Origin: Spirochaetia bacterium
GTDB taxonomy: Bacteria; Spirochaetota; Spirochaetia; SZUA-6; Bin103
Assembly: GCA_965198005.1 (NCBI GenBank)
Contig: CBDAOI010000001.1
Location: 32,001-96,000, forward strand
DNA: 64,000 bases
Direction: 5' to 3'
Positions 9,435 to 19,799 of this stretch are shown one piece after another. The notes below the pieces were generated by a model. It did not search any database and was not told where the DNA came from. It saw only the letters and a program-made list of their open reading frames with translations. The number at the start of each line of letters is the position of its first letter. Position 1 is the first letter of the stretch. The position numbers and the translations under genes were made by a program.

Positions 9435-10550
9435 ATGACAGCAGTAGTAATTGGAGTGGGATTTGCCGGGGAAGGCCATGTCCGATCCCTGCGAAACGAA
9501 GGGGTCGAGGTCGTCGCCCTTTGTGGACGGACTCCCGAACCCGCTCAAGCGATGGCTCAAGAGTTGGGCATCACCGACCTGCGCTTTGATTGGCGACAGA
9601 CGTTGCAAGACCTGCGACCCGACATTGTCGCCATCACCACACCTGCTCCCCCGCACCTGGAAATGTCCAATTTCGCCGTCGAACTGGGCTGCCATGTGAT
9701 GTGCGAGAAACCGTTGGGCCTCAATGCGGCGGACGCACGATCGATGTTCATGGCGGTCGAGCAGGCTGGTGTGAAGCATGCCTATGCCTCTTCGAGTTGT
9801 TACTTGCCCCCCTTTGACCGTGCGGCGGAGCTGGTCGCGAAAGGCCACATTGGGCGACTTCGTGAAATCGAATACATCCGGCATAACAATATGTCCCCGT
9901 ATCGGCCCTATCACTGGTTCTATCGCGTGAATGAGGGGGGAGGCTGGTTGTTCCAGTTCTTCACCCACCAGTTGGCCCAAGTGCTGAGAGTGACGAGAGG
10001 TCAAGTGCGGGCAGCCATGGGGGAAGACCGATGCCTGATTGAGAAAGCGCCGATTGGACCCACCATCCACGATTTTCGCGATTGGCACAGTACCTTCATC
10101 GACCCGAAGCAGGCGGAAGCCGGAGAATGGGGGGAAGTGGATGCTGATACGGGATATACGGTCATGGCGCAGATCGAGATGCCGGATAATACCTCCATCC
10201 CTGCGCTCTTCCAGTATTCAGGCGCTCCGTTTCCCATGCCGAATCATCTTCTCTTCTATGGGACCGCCGGTACCCTGCTGCTGACCGGTGAGCATGATCC
10301 CAATGAACTCCAATACTACAGTCAGGAAACTCAGGTCTGGCAGAAGCAGGAAGTCGAGGTCTGGCCGACAGGGGCAGAAACGGGGCAGAAACAGTGGGAG
10401 CGGCTGTATCACGATTTCATGGCCGATATCCGGGGCGAAGGCTACCTCGGCTATCCCACCTATCGTGACGGTTGGATCACCAATGAGGTCATCGACATCG
10501 TGCGCAGTGGACAAAGCTGGACCCCTCTGCCTGAAAACCCAGGAACTTAA
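9435..10550 (+). CDS. Gfo/Idh/MocA family oxidoreductase
   Basis: VIGVGFAG Rossmann motif, PDIVAITTPAPPH, HVMCEKP, GGGWL. Confidence 0.9.
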   Translation: MTAVVIGVGFAGEGHVRSLRNEGVEVVALCGRTPEPAQAMAQELGITDLRFDWRQTLQDLRPDIVAITTPAPPHLEMSNFAVELGCHVMCEKPLGLNAADARSMFMAVEQAGVKHAYASSSCYLPPFDRAAELVAKGHIGRLREIEYIRHNNMSPYRPYHWFYRVNEGGGWLFQFFTHQLAQVLRVTRGQVRAAMGEDRCLIEKAPIGPTIHDFRDWHSTFIDPKQAEAGEWGEVDADTGYTVMAQIEMPDNTSIPALFQYSGAPFPMPNHLLFYGTAGTLLLTGEHDPNELQYYSQETQVWQKQEVEVWPTGAETGQKQWERLYHDFMADIRGEGYLGYPTYRDGWITNEVIDIVRSGQSWTPLPENPGT

Positions 10551-10575
10551 TCCTATTTCTACTCGGAGCAAGCAG

Positions 10576-10830
10576 ATGCGGCTGCAGCGAAAACTCACCA
10601 TCACGATTGACGAAACTATCTACGAAGGTCTGTACAGAAAGGTAGGGCCTAGGAAGATTGCTCGGTTCATCGAGGAGATCGTGCGCCGGCACGTGGTCGA
10701 CACCGATCTCGATTCGCTTTACGAGGAGATGGCCCGCGACGAATCGCGAGAGCGGAAAGCTGAGGAGTGGTCGGAGGCGTTGCTGGACGACGTGGCGCCT
10801 GGGGCGACGAGCCGGAATGAACCGCAGTGA
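10576..10830 (+). CDS. Antitoxin of a MazF/PemK-type module
   Basis: QRKLTITIDETIYEGL…LDSLYEEMARDESRE..AEEWSEAL; overlaps a MazF start. Confidence 0.75.
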   Translation: MRLQRKLTITIDETIYEGLYRKVGPRKIARFIEEIVRRHVVDTDLDSLYEEMARDESRERKAEEWSEALLDDVAPGATSRNEPQ

Positions 10831-10870
10831 GGTGTGGTGGGTTTCCTTTGAATCGGCGCAAGGCGGAGAA
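10817..10870 (+). pseudogene. MazF/PemK toxin N-terminal stub
   Basis: MNRSEVWWVSFESAQGGE, then fused to a HipA fragment. Confidence 0.65.
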
Positions 10871-11205
10871 CACGTCGCTTGGCGGCACCCGTCCCAAGGC
10901 ATCGGTGCGCGCCCCGGATGGTCACCTGCTGGTCGCCAAGTTTCCGCGCGTCGACCACGACTGGCCGGTGACCCGCTGGGAGGCGGCGACGATGACCCTG
11001 GCCCAGGCCGCGGGCGGTCGAAGTCGCGCCGTGGCGGCTGCAGGTGGTGAGCGGACCGAGCAGTCCTCGCGGCACGCCGTTTCGACCGGCGCCACGGCCG
11101 GCGCATCCCCTACCCGTCAGCGCTCACTGCGCTCGACGCCTCCGACCACGAGACGCGCAGCTACCTCGAGATTGCCGAATTCCTGCGGCGCGAAGGCGCA
11201 CGGGT
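10870..11205 (+). pseudogene. HipA-family toxin internal fragment, frameshifted
   Basis: SLGGTRPKASV…LLVAKFP…WEA; RFDR..GRRIPY.SA…RSYLEIAEFLR. Confidence 0.75.
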
Positions 11206-11345
11206 GACCTCGGTGACCTCGGTGACCTCCGAGCGGTTGACAGTGCGGCGCGCATATGCAAGGGTGGCTCCCCTGAGATTCGACGGATGCAGATGAAGCG
11301 CGATCACGACAGTCAGCGCAGTGGCCGGTTGGCGGTGGCCGCAAC
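11203..11345 (+). promoter_or_regulatory. Cassette promoter block: GGTGACCTC x3 + GAGCGGTTGACA
   Basis: Homologous to 5261-5331 and 31825-32016. Confidence 0.55.
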
Positions 11346-11554
11346 GTCACCACTGCCGGTGGCGGCGACGCTGGCGGGCGGCCGGAACGGCCGGAGTCCG
11401 CGCTTGACATGGTCAGGCAAGCCTGTGACGATAGGGAGTTCGGGGATCCCGGCCTTGCCGGCCATTCGAGACAGACAGCTTCTGTCAGGCATCTGGCAGG
11501 GCACCCTGTGGCCAAGAACCTGTGGCCAAGAAAGTGAAAAATAGGGGGTGCAAA

Positions 11555-11590
11555 ATGATACTCAAAGAACCCCACGCGCGCGCGGCGTGA
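11555..11590 (+). CDS. Putative leader peptide MILKEPHARAA (copy 2; leader truncated at about 11615)
   Basis: AGGGGG-tgcaaa-ATG; Pro codon CCC versus CCG in the other copies. Confidence 0.55.
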   Translation: MILKEPHARAA

Positions 11591-11713
11591 GCCGGGGTGA
11601 ACCCGCTGAGTCACCCCTACTGACCTAGGTTCAGAAAGGGGGCTGGGGGTTGCGTTCGGAGCACCGCTTCCGACCGCGCTCCCGGCCCCTCTCTCATTGA
11701 GCAACGTGTCCCC

Positions 11714-11840
11714 ATGAAAGCCTATATCATCAGGCGGTTATTGCTGATTCTGCCCACGCTGTTCATCTTGAGCATCCTGGTCTTTCTCTCGGTGCGCTTC
11801 ATCCCGGGAGATGTAGTAGACGTGATGACCCGATTCGCGG
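11714..11840 (+). pseudogene. DppB N-terminal fragment
   Basis: MKAYIIRRLLLILPTLFILSILVFLSVRFIPGDVVDVM. Confidence 0.85.
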
Positions 11841-11970
11841 CCGCTGGTGCTGCTGATCGATGAGATCGACGCGCTGGTGGGCGACACCCTGCTGTCGGTG
11901 CTGCGGCAGTTGCGCACCGGCTACGTCGACCGCCCGGCGCGCCGCACAGCATCATCCTGTGCGGGATGCG
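11838..11970 (+). pseudogene. AAA ATPase Walker-B fragment (piece of the 27142-28821 family)
   Basis: PLVLLIDEIDALVGDTLLSVLRQLRTGYVDRP. Confidence 0.8.
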
Positions 11971-12093
11971 TGCGCCATTCAGGCATTCCCGTACTACGTT
12001 CGCTGGGTCCGGCGTTAACCAAGCAGGCCAAGCAGGTCAGTCGATTGCCTCGCGCGTGTCGGAAGCGATAGAGTCAGTGCTCAGGCTACGGTA

Positions 12094-13851
12094 GTGAGCA
12101 CGCCCCCCGCCTACCCCCGCATTCCCTACGGCGAGGCCGACTTCAGGCGCATCCGCCGGAACCGGTGGCTGTACGTCGACAAGACCCGCTTCCTGCGGCG
12201 GCTGGAGGAGGAGCGCTACGCCTTTCTGATCCGCCCGCGCCGCTTCGGCAAGTCGCTGTGGATCTCCCTGCTGGAGAACTACTACGACCGCTTCTGGGCG
12301 GACGGCTTCGCGGCCACCTTCGCCGGCACCGAGATCGGGCAGGACCCGACCGGGGAACAAAGCCGCTACGTCACCCTGCGCTTCAACTTTTCAGCCGTCA
12401 ACGACAAGCTCGAAACCTTGGAGCGGGAGTTCGAGACCTACTGCTTCATAGCGCTGCGGGGGACGCTGCGGCGGCATCCCGACCTGTTTCCCGAAGCGGC
12501 GGTACGGGACATCCTCGCGCCGCCCTCCATCGCCACCAAGCTGTCCGAGCTGTTCTGGTACGCGGGCGACCATGACATCCCGCTGTACGTGCTGATCGAC
12601 GAGTACGACAACTTCGCCAACACCGTGCTGGCGTACCACGGCGCCGAGGCGTACCACTCCTTCACCCACGGCGGCGGCTTCTACCGCAACTTCTTCGCCA
12701 CCCTGAAGTCCGGCGCGGACCGCAGCGGCGGCGGTCTGGAGCGGCTGTTCATCACCGGCGTGTCGCCGATCACCATGGACGACGTCACCAGCGGCTTCAA
12801 CATCGGCACCAACGTCAGCCTGCACCCGGACTTCAACGAGATGGTGGGCTTCACCGAGGCGGAGGTGCGGCGCCTGGTCGAGACCTACCGGGAGCTGGGC
12901 GTGTTCAACCAGGAGGTCGCTACCGCCATGGGGATCATGGGCGAGTGGTACAACGGCTATCGGTTCGCCAAGGCAGCCGAGACCGACCTGTACAACTCCG
13001 ACATGGTGCTCTACTACCTGAAGGATTCGATGCCGAACCGAGACGTGCCGGAATACCTGATCGACACCAACGTGCGCATCGACTACGGCAAGCTGCGCCA
13101 CCTGCTGGTGACCGGCCGGCAGCTCAACGGCAACTTCGACCTGTTGCGGGACGTGATCGGCGAGGAGCAGGTGGACACGCACATCCAGCCGGGCTTTCCG
13201 CTGAAGGACCTCACCAAGCCCGAGAACTTCCTCTCGCTGCTGCACTACTTCGGGCTGCTGAGCATCCGCGACGTGGTGGAGCGGGTGCCGCGGCTGGCGA
13301 TCCCGAACCAGACCGTGAAGCGGCTGATGTATGGCTTTCTGCGCGATGCCTACCGCGACGTGGAGGTGTTTTCAGTAAACCTGTTCCGGTTCGAGCAACT
13401 GATGATGCGGATGGCCAACCGGGGCGAGTGGCGGCCGGCGTTCGAGTTCCTGAGCGAGGCGATCGCACGGCAGACGGGGATTCGCGACTACATCGCCGGC
13501 GAGAAGGTTGTGCAGGGGTTCCTGGCTGCCTATCTGAGCGTGAGCGACCATTACGTGTTCCGCTCGGAGGCGGAGCTGGGCAAGGGGCACGCGGACATCT
13601 GCCTGGAGCCGCTGGTGGCCCGTTATCCGAACCTGCAGCGCGGCTATCTGATCGAGCTCAAGTACGTGAAGCGCAGCGAGTCGGCGGACGAGGCCGCCGT
13701 GGCGGCGGCGGCCACCGCGGCAACGGCGCAGCTCGAGCGGTATCTGGCGGAGGAGCGGCTGGCGCGGCAGTTTCCGGGGGTGCGCTTCATCGGCCTGATC
13801 GTGGTGTTCCACGGCTGGGAAATGGTGTTCTGCGATGCCGTGCGGAGGTGA
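12094..13851 (+). CDS. AAA-ATPase-like domain + PD-(D/E)XK nuclease protein
   Basis: IPYGEADF..IR…YVDKT…RPRRFGKSL…LIDEYD…FITGV…WYNGY…SE.ELGKGHADI…IELKY. Confidence 0.9.
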   Translation: MSTPPAYPRIPYGEADFRRIRRNRWLYVDKTRFLRRLEEERYAFLIRPRRFGKSLWISLLENYYDRFWADGFAATFAGTEIGQDPTGEQSRYVTLRFNFSAVNDKLETLEREFETYCFIALRGTLRRHPDLFPEAAVRDILAPPSIATKLSELFWYAGDHDIPLYVLIDEYDNFANTVLAYHGAEAYHSFTHGGGFYRNFFATLKSGADRSGGGLERLFITGVSPITMDDVTSGFNIGTNVSLHPDFNEMVGFTEAEVRRLVETYRELGVFNQEVATAMGIMGEWYNGYRFAKAAETDLYNSDMVLYYLKDSMPNRDVPEYLIDTNVRIDYGKLRHLLVTGRQLNGNFDLLRDVIGEEQVDTHIQPGFPLKDLTKPENFLSLLHYFGLLSIRDVVERVPRLAIPNQTVKRLMYGFLRDAYRDVEVFSVNLFRFEQLMMRMANRGEWRPAFEFLSEAIARQTGIRDYIAGEKVVQGFLAAYLSVSDHYVFRSEAELGKGHADICLEPLVARYPNLQRGYLIELKYVKRSESADEAAVAAAATAATAQLERYLAEERLARQFPGVRFIGLIVVFHGWEMVFCDAVRR

Positions 13852-13939
13852 CCCGGACCCATCGCACGACCGCCATCTCCCGAACACTTCCTCGGCATCG
13901 GTCTAACTGGTCGGCGGCCGCTTGACAGTGCCCTAGTCA

Positions 13940-14135
13940 GCCTGGTATGGTAGTTCTGAACAGGGGCCTCCGGGGCCCGCCCGGTGGGAAGCTCCCGTCG
14001 GGCGGCGCCACTGGAGCCGCTGGCACACCCGCACCATGAGTTGCGTACGACTGCGGCTGCCGCCGCTGTCGACCACCTCGGTGACGACCTGCAGCTCCGC
14101 CTCGCTGAATGTTCTGCCGGCACTCCGCAGGATCG
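13940..14135 (-). pseudogene. DUF4338-like N-terminal fragment
   Basis: LRSAGRTFSEAELQVV…SRTQLMVRVCQRLQWRRPTG parallels the N-terminus of 3369-4253. Confidence 0.55.
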
Positions 14136-14204
14136 GGATCGATTACGATAACGTTGGCGCCTCGTGCGAATCGTGCCGCAGTCACACTACGAACCGACCC
14201 CGAC

Positions 14205-14409
14205 CGCCGACGGTCAGCTCATCGTACGCGTCAATACCGGTGCGCTGCGGCTGCGCACAACACCGGGTGAGCCGTTCGACCTGCTCGTCGCGGTCAGTTC
14301 GCTGAAGCGTGCGGCCACCCAGTGCGTGGCGTGACTTCAGGTTCGTGCTGGGCCAGGTCACCCGCACCATCGAGCCCGCTCTGCCACTGGCGCGCATGGT
14401 TCACCAGTG
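14205..14409 (+). mobile_element. IS4-family remnant, internally deleted
   Basis: Matches 43945-44047 joined to 44499-44596. Confidence 0.8.
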
Positions 14410-14444
14410 AACGGCCTGCGGACGGCCACATCGCCGGCGAATGA

Positions 14445-15238
14445 CGCTGTTCAATCTCCTCATCGACCTGGTCTATTCTTATTTGGACCCGAGGGTCAGG
14501 TATGAATAATGCGCGGGGCAGGTTTGCGGATTTCTTCATCAGGCTTCTCAAGGAGAAGCCGCTGGGTATTGCCGGTGGGATTATCATCGTATTTCCATGC
14601 TGGTCGGCCTGACAGCGACCACTCTGAATCTTGTGGTCGCTGTCCTGATCGGCGGCATCTCAGGATTCCTTGGGGGAAAAGTGGACCTGGTGGTGCAGCG
14701 CTTTATCGACGGCTGGATGGCCTTCCCGGGGTTGCTGCTCCTGCTGACCATCATGTCCATTGTGGGGCGGGGTTTGCCCCAGATCATTGTGGTCTTGGGG
14801 GTCAGCGGAGGCATCGGCGCCTCCCGAGTCGTCAGAGGCGCTGTGATCGGTATTAAAGAGCATGACTATTTTCTGGCCGCCAGGGCCGCGGGCACCCCCA
14901 CAAGCCAAATCCTGGTCCGCCATGTCCTGCCCAATATTATGGCGCCCGTCATCATCATCTTCTCCATCAACATCGGGGGGGTGATTATTTCCGAGGCCTC
15001 CCTGAGCTTTCTCGGATTCGGGCTGCCCAGCGAGGTTCCCAGCTGGGGAGGCATGCTCAGCTCGGATGGACGTCGATACATGGAGCAGGCCCCCTGGCTG
15101 GCACTCTGGCCGGGTCTCTTCCTGACTATTACCGTTTACAGTCTCAACATGCTCGGCGACGCCCTCAGGGATCTGTTCGACCCGCGGCTGAGGGGTGGCG
15201 GGGGACGCCTGGGAGCCGATGCCGCCAGGTCGGTCTAA
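14445..15238 (+). pseudogene. dppB 3' end (14445-14509) + dppC with internal deletion/frameshift (14502-15238)
   Basis: LIDLVYSYLDPRVRYE; MNNARGRFADFFIRLLKEKPLG / MLVGLTATTLN…DLFDPRLRGG. Confidence 0.85.
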
Positions 15239-15448
15239 GAGGACCGACAGGGCGTCGACCAGGTCCGATTGAAACTCCCACACGTAGGGCTCGATCGCGT
15301 GAACCAGGGCATCGTATCCGCCGTCGGCGGTTACGGTCGGCGGCAACGATACGGTCAGCTTCGGACGGAGAAAACGTCAAGAACCGGGCTCAGAACCCAC
15401 TCAGTTCGTCATCCTGAGCGGCGAAGCCGATTTGCGGCCCCCGGCCGG

Positions 15449-15635
15449 TCAGGAAGGCAGTCGGCGGAACGCCCGCCGTCGCCCCGGCCCATACCGATAG
15501 AACAGGAAGTGCGCATTGAACGCGAATGCGTCCGTGATCCCCAGCCGCTCCATCAAGGCGAATGTGGTGCAGTCAACAAAGCTGAACGTCTGGTCGGGGA
15601 ACGCCTGGACATAAGCACACATACGCTTATGATGG
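15449..15635 (-). pseudogene. VapC/PIN toxin C-terminal fragment
   Basis: PDQTFSFVDCTTFALMERLGITDAFAFNAHF. Confidence 0.75.
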
Positions 15636-15639
15636 ATGT

Positions 15640-15864
15640 ATGAGTACAACTCGATGGTCGCTGGTGGTCTCCGAAGCAACTGACCGCGCCCTGCGTACCT
15701 TCCTTGCGAGTCGGGGACTGAAGAAAGGGCATCTCTCGCAGTTTGTTGAGGACGCCGTGAGAGAGAAGCTGTTCGATCTGACCGTCGCAGAAGTCAAAGA
15801 GCGAAACGCGGGACAAACCGATGCTGTCATGCAGGCCGTCGAGGAGGCTCTCGAGCGAGCGTGA
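15640..15864 (+). CDS. Ribbon-helix-helix antitoxin
   Basis: TRWSLVVSEATDRALRTFLA..G.KKG.LSQFVEDAV; directly upstream of a PIN gene. Confidence 0.8.
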   Translation: MSTTRWSLVVSEATDRALRTFLASRGLKKGHLSQFVEDAVREKLFDLTVAEVKERNAGQTDAVMQAVEEALERA

Positions 15865-15867
15865 GGC

Positions 15868-16275
15868 GTGCGTGTTGTGCTCGACACCGGAATCCTCGTT
15901 GCCGCTCTGATCACACGGGACACACCCCCCGACCAACTGTACCAGCTGTGGCGCAAACGCCGGTTCACGCTGATCACGTCCGAGCCGCAGTTAAGCGAGT
16001 TCCGGCGCGTCACTCGTTACCCGAAGCTGCCTCGGTCCCTGAAGGCTCACGAAGCGGGGACCCTCCTGCGCGGGGTGCGTGCGCGAGCTGTTGTTGTCCC
16101 AGAGCTGCCACAGATCGATCTTGTCGACGACCCCGACGACAATCTCGTGCTTGCCACTGCCCTCGCCGGCGAGGCTGACTATCTGGTCACCGGAGATCGG
16201 CGTCACCTACTGCACCTGAAGAAGGTGCAGCAGACGAGGATCTTGACGGCACGTGAGCTGACAGAGTGCTCAACT
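15868..16275 (+). CDS. PIN-domain toxin (TIGR00305-like); native stop lost by fusion
   Basis: VVLDTGILVAALI…DPDDNLVLATALAGEADYLVTGDRRHLL…ILTARE. Confidence 0.8.
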
Positions 16276-16294
16276 GACCGTTCCCGACGAACGG

Positions 16295-16440
16295 GACCTG
16301 CTCGAGCAGATCAAGCCGATCGGTCCCGAGGGGCTGCGCAACCGCGCCATCGTCGAGTTGCTGTATGCCTGCGGCATCCGCACCACAGAGCTGTGTCGGC
16401 TCCGGGTGGCCGACGTCGACCTCAAGGAACAGACCGTCGG
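16295..16440 (+). pseudogene. XerC/D-type tyrosine recombinase fragment
   Basis: GLRNRAIVELLYACGIRTTELCRLRVADVDL. Confidence 0.7.
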
Positions 16441-16539
16441 ATTTGGGCGGCGACGTTCGACCGATTCATCTCCGACGGCTGCCTCGACGCCATCGTCGAG
16501 ATTAGGTGCGGTTGCGCGGATGCTTGTCCAGTGGACGAT

Positions 16540-16632
16540 GATTGGCGGGTGATGGGACAGCTCTATTCGCTCATCTATGAGTTGCGGAAAGACGCGGACG
16601 GTGAATATTGCCATCAGGTGACGCTCTGGTGA
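16540..16632 (+). pseudogene. BrnT-like toxin C-terminal fragment
   Basis: LYSLIYELRKDADGEYCHQVTLW resembles LYSLVFEVREDGDGEYYHLVTLW of 55360-55653. Confidence 0.65.
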
Positions 16633-16925
16633 TGCGCCATGGCGGCGATCCGTGGACCGACCTCTGCGTGAAGCTGCTTTTGAAGTGGCCGAACCTCTAC
16701 TACTCCACCACCGCCTGGGCGCCCAAGCACTACCCCCGCAACGTGCTCGAGTTCGCCAACAAGCGCGGGCCCAACAAGGTGATGTACGCCGGCTACTATC
16801 CGGGACTTTCGTACGAACGCATCTTCGGGGAGATGGACGACCTGCCGCTGCGCGATGAGGTCTGGCCCGCCTTCCTTCGCGACAACGCGATCTCGGTGTT
16901 CGGGTTGGAGGACGTGCTGGCAATG
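16629..16925 (+). pseudogene. Amidohydrolase-family C-terminal fragment
   Basis: VMRHGGDPWTDLCVKLLLKWPNLYYSTTAWAPKHYP…FLRDNAISVFGL. Confidence 0.7.
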
Positions 16926-16989
16926 TCCGCGATCGTCACCGAGACGCCCGAGGGCATCCCGGTGCACTTCGACCGGCATGCCTACGAGG

Positions 16990-17732
16990 CCGAGTATGGC
17001 GTAGTCGCGGCGTCCCATTGCCGTTGTCCGGTCGACGGAGGCAAGCAACGTCTGCACGCTCTCCCAAGGCAGTGCCCGCGGCAACCGCTCGCCGCGGTAC
17101 ACCCGTGGCTGCTCAATTGCGGCGTCCAGACCGGGAGCGGCCTCGCCTCGGCCCGCCAGGAATCGCAAGAACGACCTCAGATGTGCCGCCTCGTGCTGGA
17201 GAGTGGCACGACTCAGCCGGGCCGCGACCGATTTCACGAATTGCTCAAGCTGTGACGCGGTGAGCTTCGGCAGCACCGTCGGATCGTCGTCGAAGTGCAA
17301 GAAGCCAAGGAATTCCGACGCACTGGTGGCGTGCTGCTGCACCGTCAATGCGGTCAGTCCCCTCACGTGGTCGAGGTAGTCTCGATAGGCACCGACCAAG
17401 CGTTCGCTGGGCGTGGCACTGGGGGCAGCGAGCGTCCCTCGCTCCTCCAGATAGGCCGTCAGGGAACGAACGAGAGCGGATAGGTAGACGTCGTCATAGC
17501 AACGGCGTGGCGCGAAAGTCAGCAGCTCCGCCCTGGAGAGCTTGCTCAACTCGCGGACGCCACCGCAGTGCAGCAGGTTGTCGAGACGGGGCGTCTTGCG
17601 AATGCGCTGGCGAATCGGCATCCTCGCAAACCCCAGTGCGTCAAGCCAGCGGACAAATCTATCAAGCTGGGGACCGAGTAGTGGCAGAGCGGCAAAGCGG
17701 GCATGTGCCCGCGGAAATAGATCGATAAGCAT
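16990..17732 (-). pseudogene. Tyrosine recombinase (RIT-element first-gene-like), truncated before the catalytic core
   Basis: YRDYLDHVRGL…LRSFLRFL…LPRALPWESVQTLL..DR.T..GRRDYAIL, then breaks. Confidence 0.75.
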
Positions 17733-17755
17733 CGCGACCTCCGGATTGGTTCAGC

Positions 17756-18725
17756 TTGAGCCGCGCCAGCTTGGGCCTCAGGAGCGCTACTTCGTCCATG
17801 ATGGTGCACCTGCATGCGACTCCTGGGGAGTCTGGGCGGGCTGGTCAGTGTCGAAGTAGCCGTGCGCGCGCGAACCGGAACTGGAGTTGGCCGTTGCTGG
17901 GTTCGGCCGGCTGCTGTTCCGGCAGCCGGTCCTCGGTCTCGAACAGCTCCAGCGGGGTGCGGCCGACCTTCCGGACGATATGCAGGTCGTAGCTGTCACG
18001 GTTCCAGTGCTCCAGCGCGTCGACGAGTTCGTCGCTATAGGGGAGCTCGTGGCCGCGCTCCTTCTGGGCCTCGCGGAACAGCGGCAGGAAGCTGCGCTTG
18101 ACGTATTTTATGTCTCCTTCGACGCCTCCTTTGTGTTCCGGATGGTAAGGCAGACAGGGCGAAATCAGGAATCCGTAATGCAGCGCGAGCTGGCGATAGG
18201 CCCGGTTCACCAACGGGTCCTCGAAGGAGGCGACGATCACTGCCGCCTTCAGATTGTCCGGGGTCACCTTCTCGGACACGCCGCCGAACCACTCGAAGGC
18301 GTGGATGTGACAGGCGAAGAAGGTCTCCTGCTTCTGATCAAAGACCACCTCGCGGTACGCCCGGCGGGAGTGGCGCAGCCGGCCCGAGAACACCCAGGTG
18401 CGCCGCCGCGAGCGCGTGTTCACGTCCCAGGTGAGCCCCAGGTGCCCGAAATCGACCTCCATCACCTCGCCCGCCTTCGTCTCGCGGCGCATGACCGGTC
18501 TCACCGGCGCCGGGAATTGGCGGTGGATATAGCGCCGCACCGTGGTCTCCGAGTACTCCACCCCCCTCTGCTCGAGCAACTTGTGGATCACCAGGAAGCT
18601 GTAGCCTTCCTTGCCCCACCCCTCTATCTGCTCACGGTGGGCGTCGAGCGGGTGCTGGCGACCCTCCTCGCCGATCCGCTGTTCGGGGTACACCTCCTGC
18701 AGTTGATGCTCGGACGGCAACTCTT
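17756..18725 (-). mobile_element. istA: IS21-family istA internal fragment plus istB start
   Basis: GEVMEVDFG…LRHSRRAY…AFEWFGGV…PDNLKAAV…HYGF…PEHKG.VE; MDEVALLRPKLARLKL at about 17800. Confidence 0.85.
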
Positions 18726-18779
18726 GCTGCGGCGGTACGGTTCTACCTGGAGGCGAAGCAGCGGCGGCTGCTCTGCTCC

Positions 18780-19286
18780 GCCGATGGGTTCGGCTTCAGT
18801 CCGCGGCGGATCACGGTGAGCACCGTGGGACTGGTCTCGGCCATCAAGCGCCTGGCGAGCACACGGCTGCCGGTGGGTTTGGCGGTGAGCCTGCACGCCG
18901 ACGACAACGCGCTCCGCCGCCAGTTGGTCCCGACCGCCGGCCGCTGGCCGGTGTCGGCAATCGTGGCCGCCGCGCACGCCTACGCCCAGGCCACCGGCCG
19001 CACCGTCACCTTCGAGTACGTCCTGCTGGCCGGAGTCAATGACGCGACCGCCCACGCCGAACGGCTAGCCCTGCTGCTATCCGGCCGCGCCCGCATCAAG
19101 GTCAACGTCATCCCCTACAACCCGGTGCCGGATCTGCACACCCTGCGCCGCCCCGACGCCCAACGGATACACGCCTTCGTCCAGACCCTGCGCCGGCGCG
19201 CCGTCCCGGTAACCGTGCGCAAGGAGAAGGGCCAGGAAGTAGCCGCCGCCTGCGGCCAACTCCGCCGCCACGCTGGCTGTCAGTAG
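18780..19286 (+). pseudogene. rlmN: RlmN radical-SAM RNA methyltransferase, C-terminal fragment
   Basis: RRITVSTVG…LAVSLHA…R.QLVP…FEYVLLAGVND…VNVIPYNP…AACGQL. Confidence 0.85.
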
Positions 19287-19374
19287 CGCATTCCCGCCCC
19301 GCAATGCAAGACGGACTCGAGCTGTGCACGTGGTCGTAGCCTTGGACACTGACAGCGGATATGCTATCGTCATC

Positions 19375-19797
19375 TTGCTGCGCATCGTTGTGGACACGAA
19401 CGTCCTCGTGGCCGCGGCAGCGAGTCCCGACGGCGCGAGTCGGGAGGTGATCCGACGTTGCCTTCTTGGTCGATACGAACCGCTCGTAGCACAAGCGCTG
19501 TTTACCGAATACGAAGCGGTACTATCGCGGACGGACATCTTCCTTCGCTCGCCGATTTCCAGCAAGGAACGCGGTGTGCTATGGATGGCGTTCGCCAGCC
19601 GTTGCGAGTGGGTCCGTGTGCGGTTCCTATGGCGTCCTAACTTGGCGGACGAGTCGGACAACCACATCGTTGAGTTGGCTGTCGCCGGCGGGGCGGACGC
19701 GATAGTGACCCACAACAGGCGCGACTTCGAGCGTGCGGAGCTACACTTCCCGGGGCTAAGCATCGTGACGCCGGGCGAGCTGATTGCGGAGGAGTAG
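19375..19797 (+). CDS. PIN-domain toxin
   Basis: RIVVDTNVLVAA…EYEAVL.R…WRPNLADESDNHIVELAVAGGADAIVTHNRRDF. Confidence 0.88.
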   Translation: MLRIVVDTNVLVAAAASPDGASREVIRRCLLGRYEPLVAQALFTEYEAVLSRTDIFLRSPISSKERGVLWMAFASRCEWVRVRFLWRPNLADESDNHIVELAVAGGADAIVTHNRRDFERAELHFPGLSIVTPGELIAEE

Positions 19798-19799
19798 AG

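Noticed and set aside
8529-10088. Long antisense ORFs (also 27244-28542, 30210-31892, 51712-52827)
   Set aside because: Shadow frames of real genes in GC-rich DNA, with no motifs.
13921-14035. Promoter plus riboswitch-like hairpin
   Set aside because: No recognisable riboswitch consensus, and the region is largely explained by an antisense DUF4338-like fragment.
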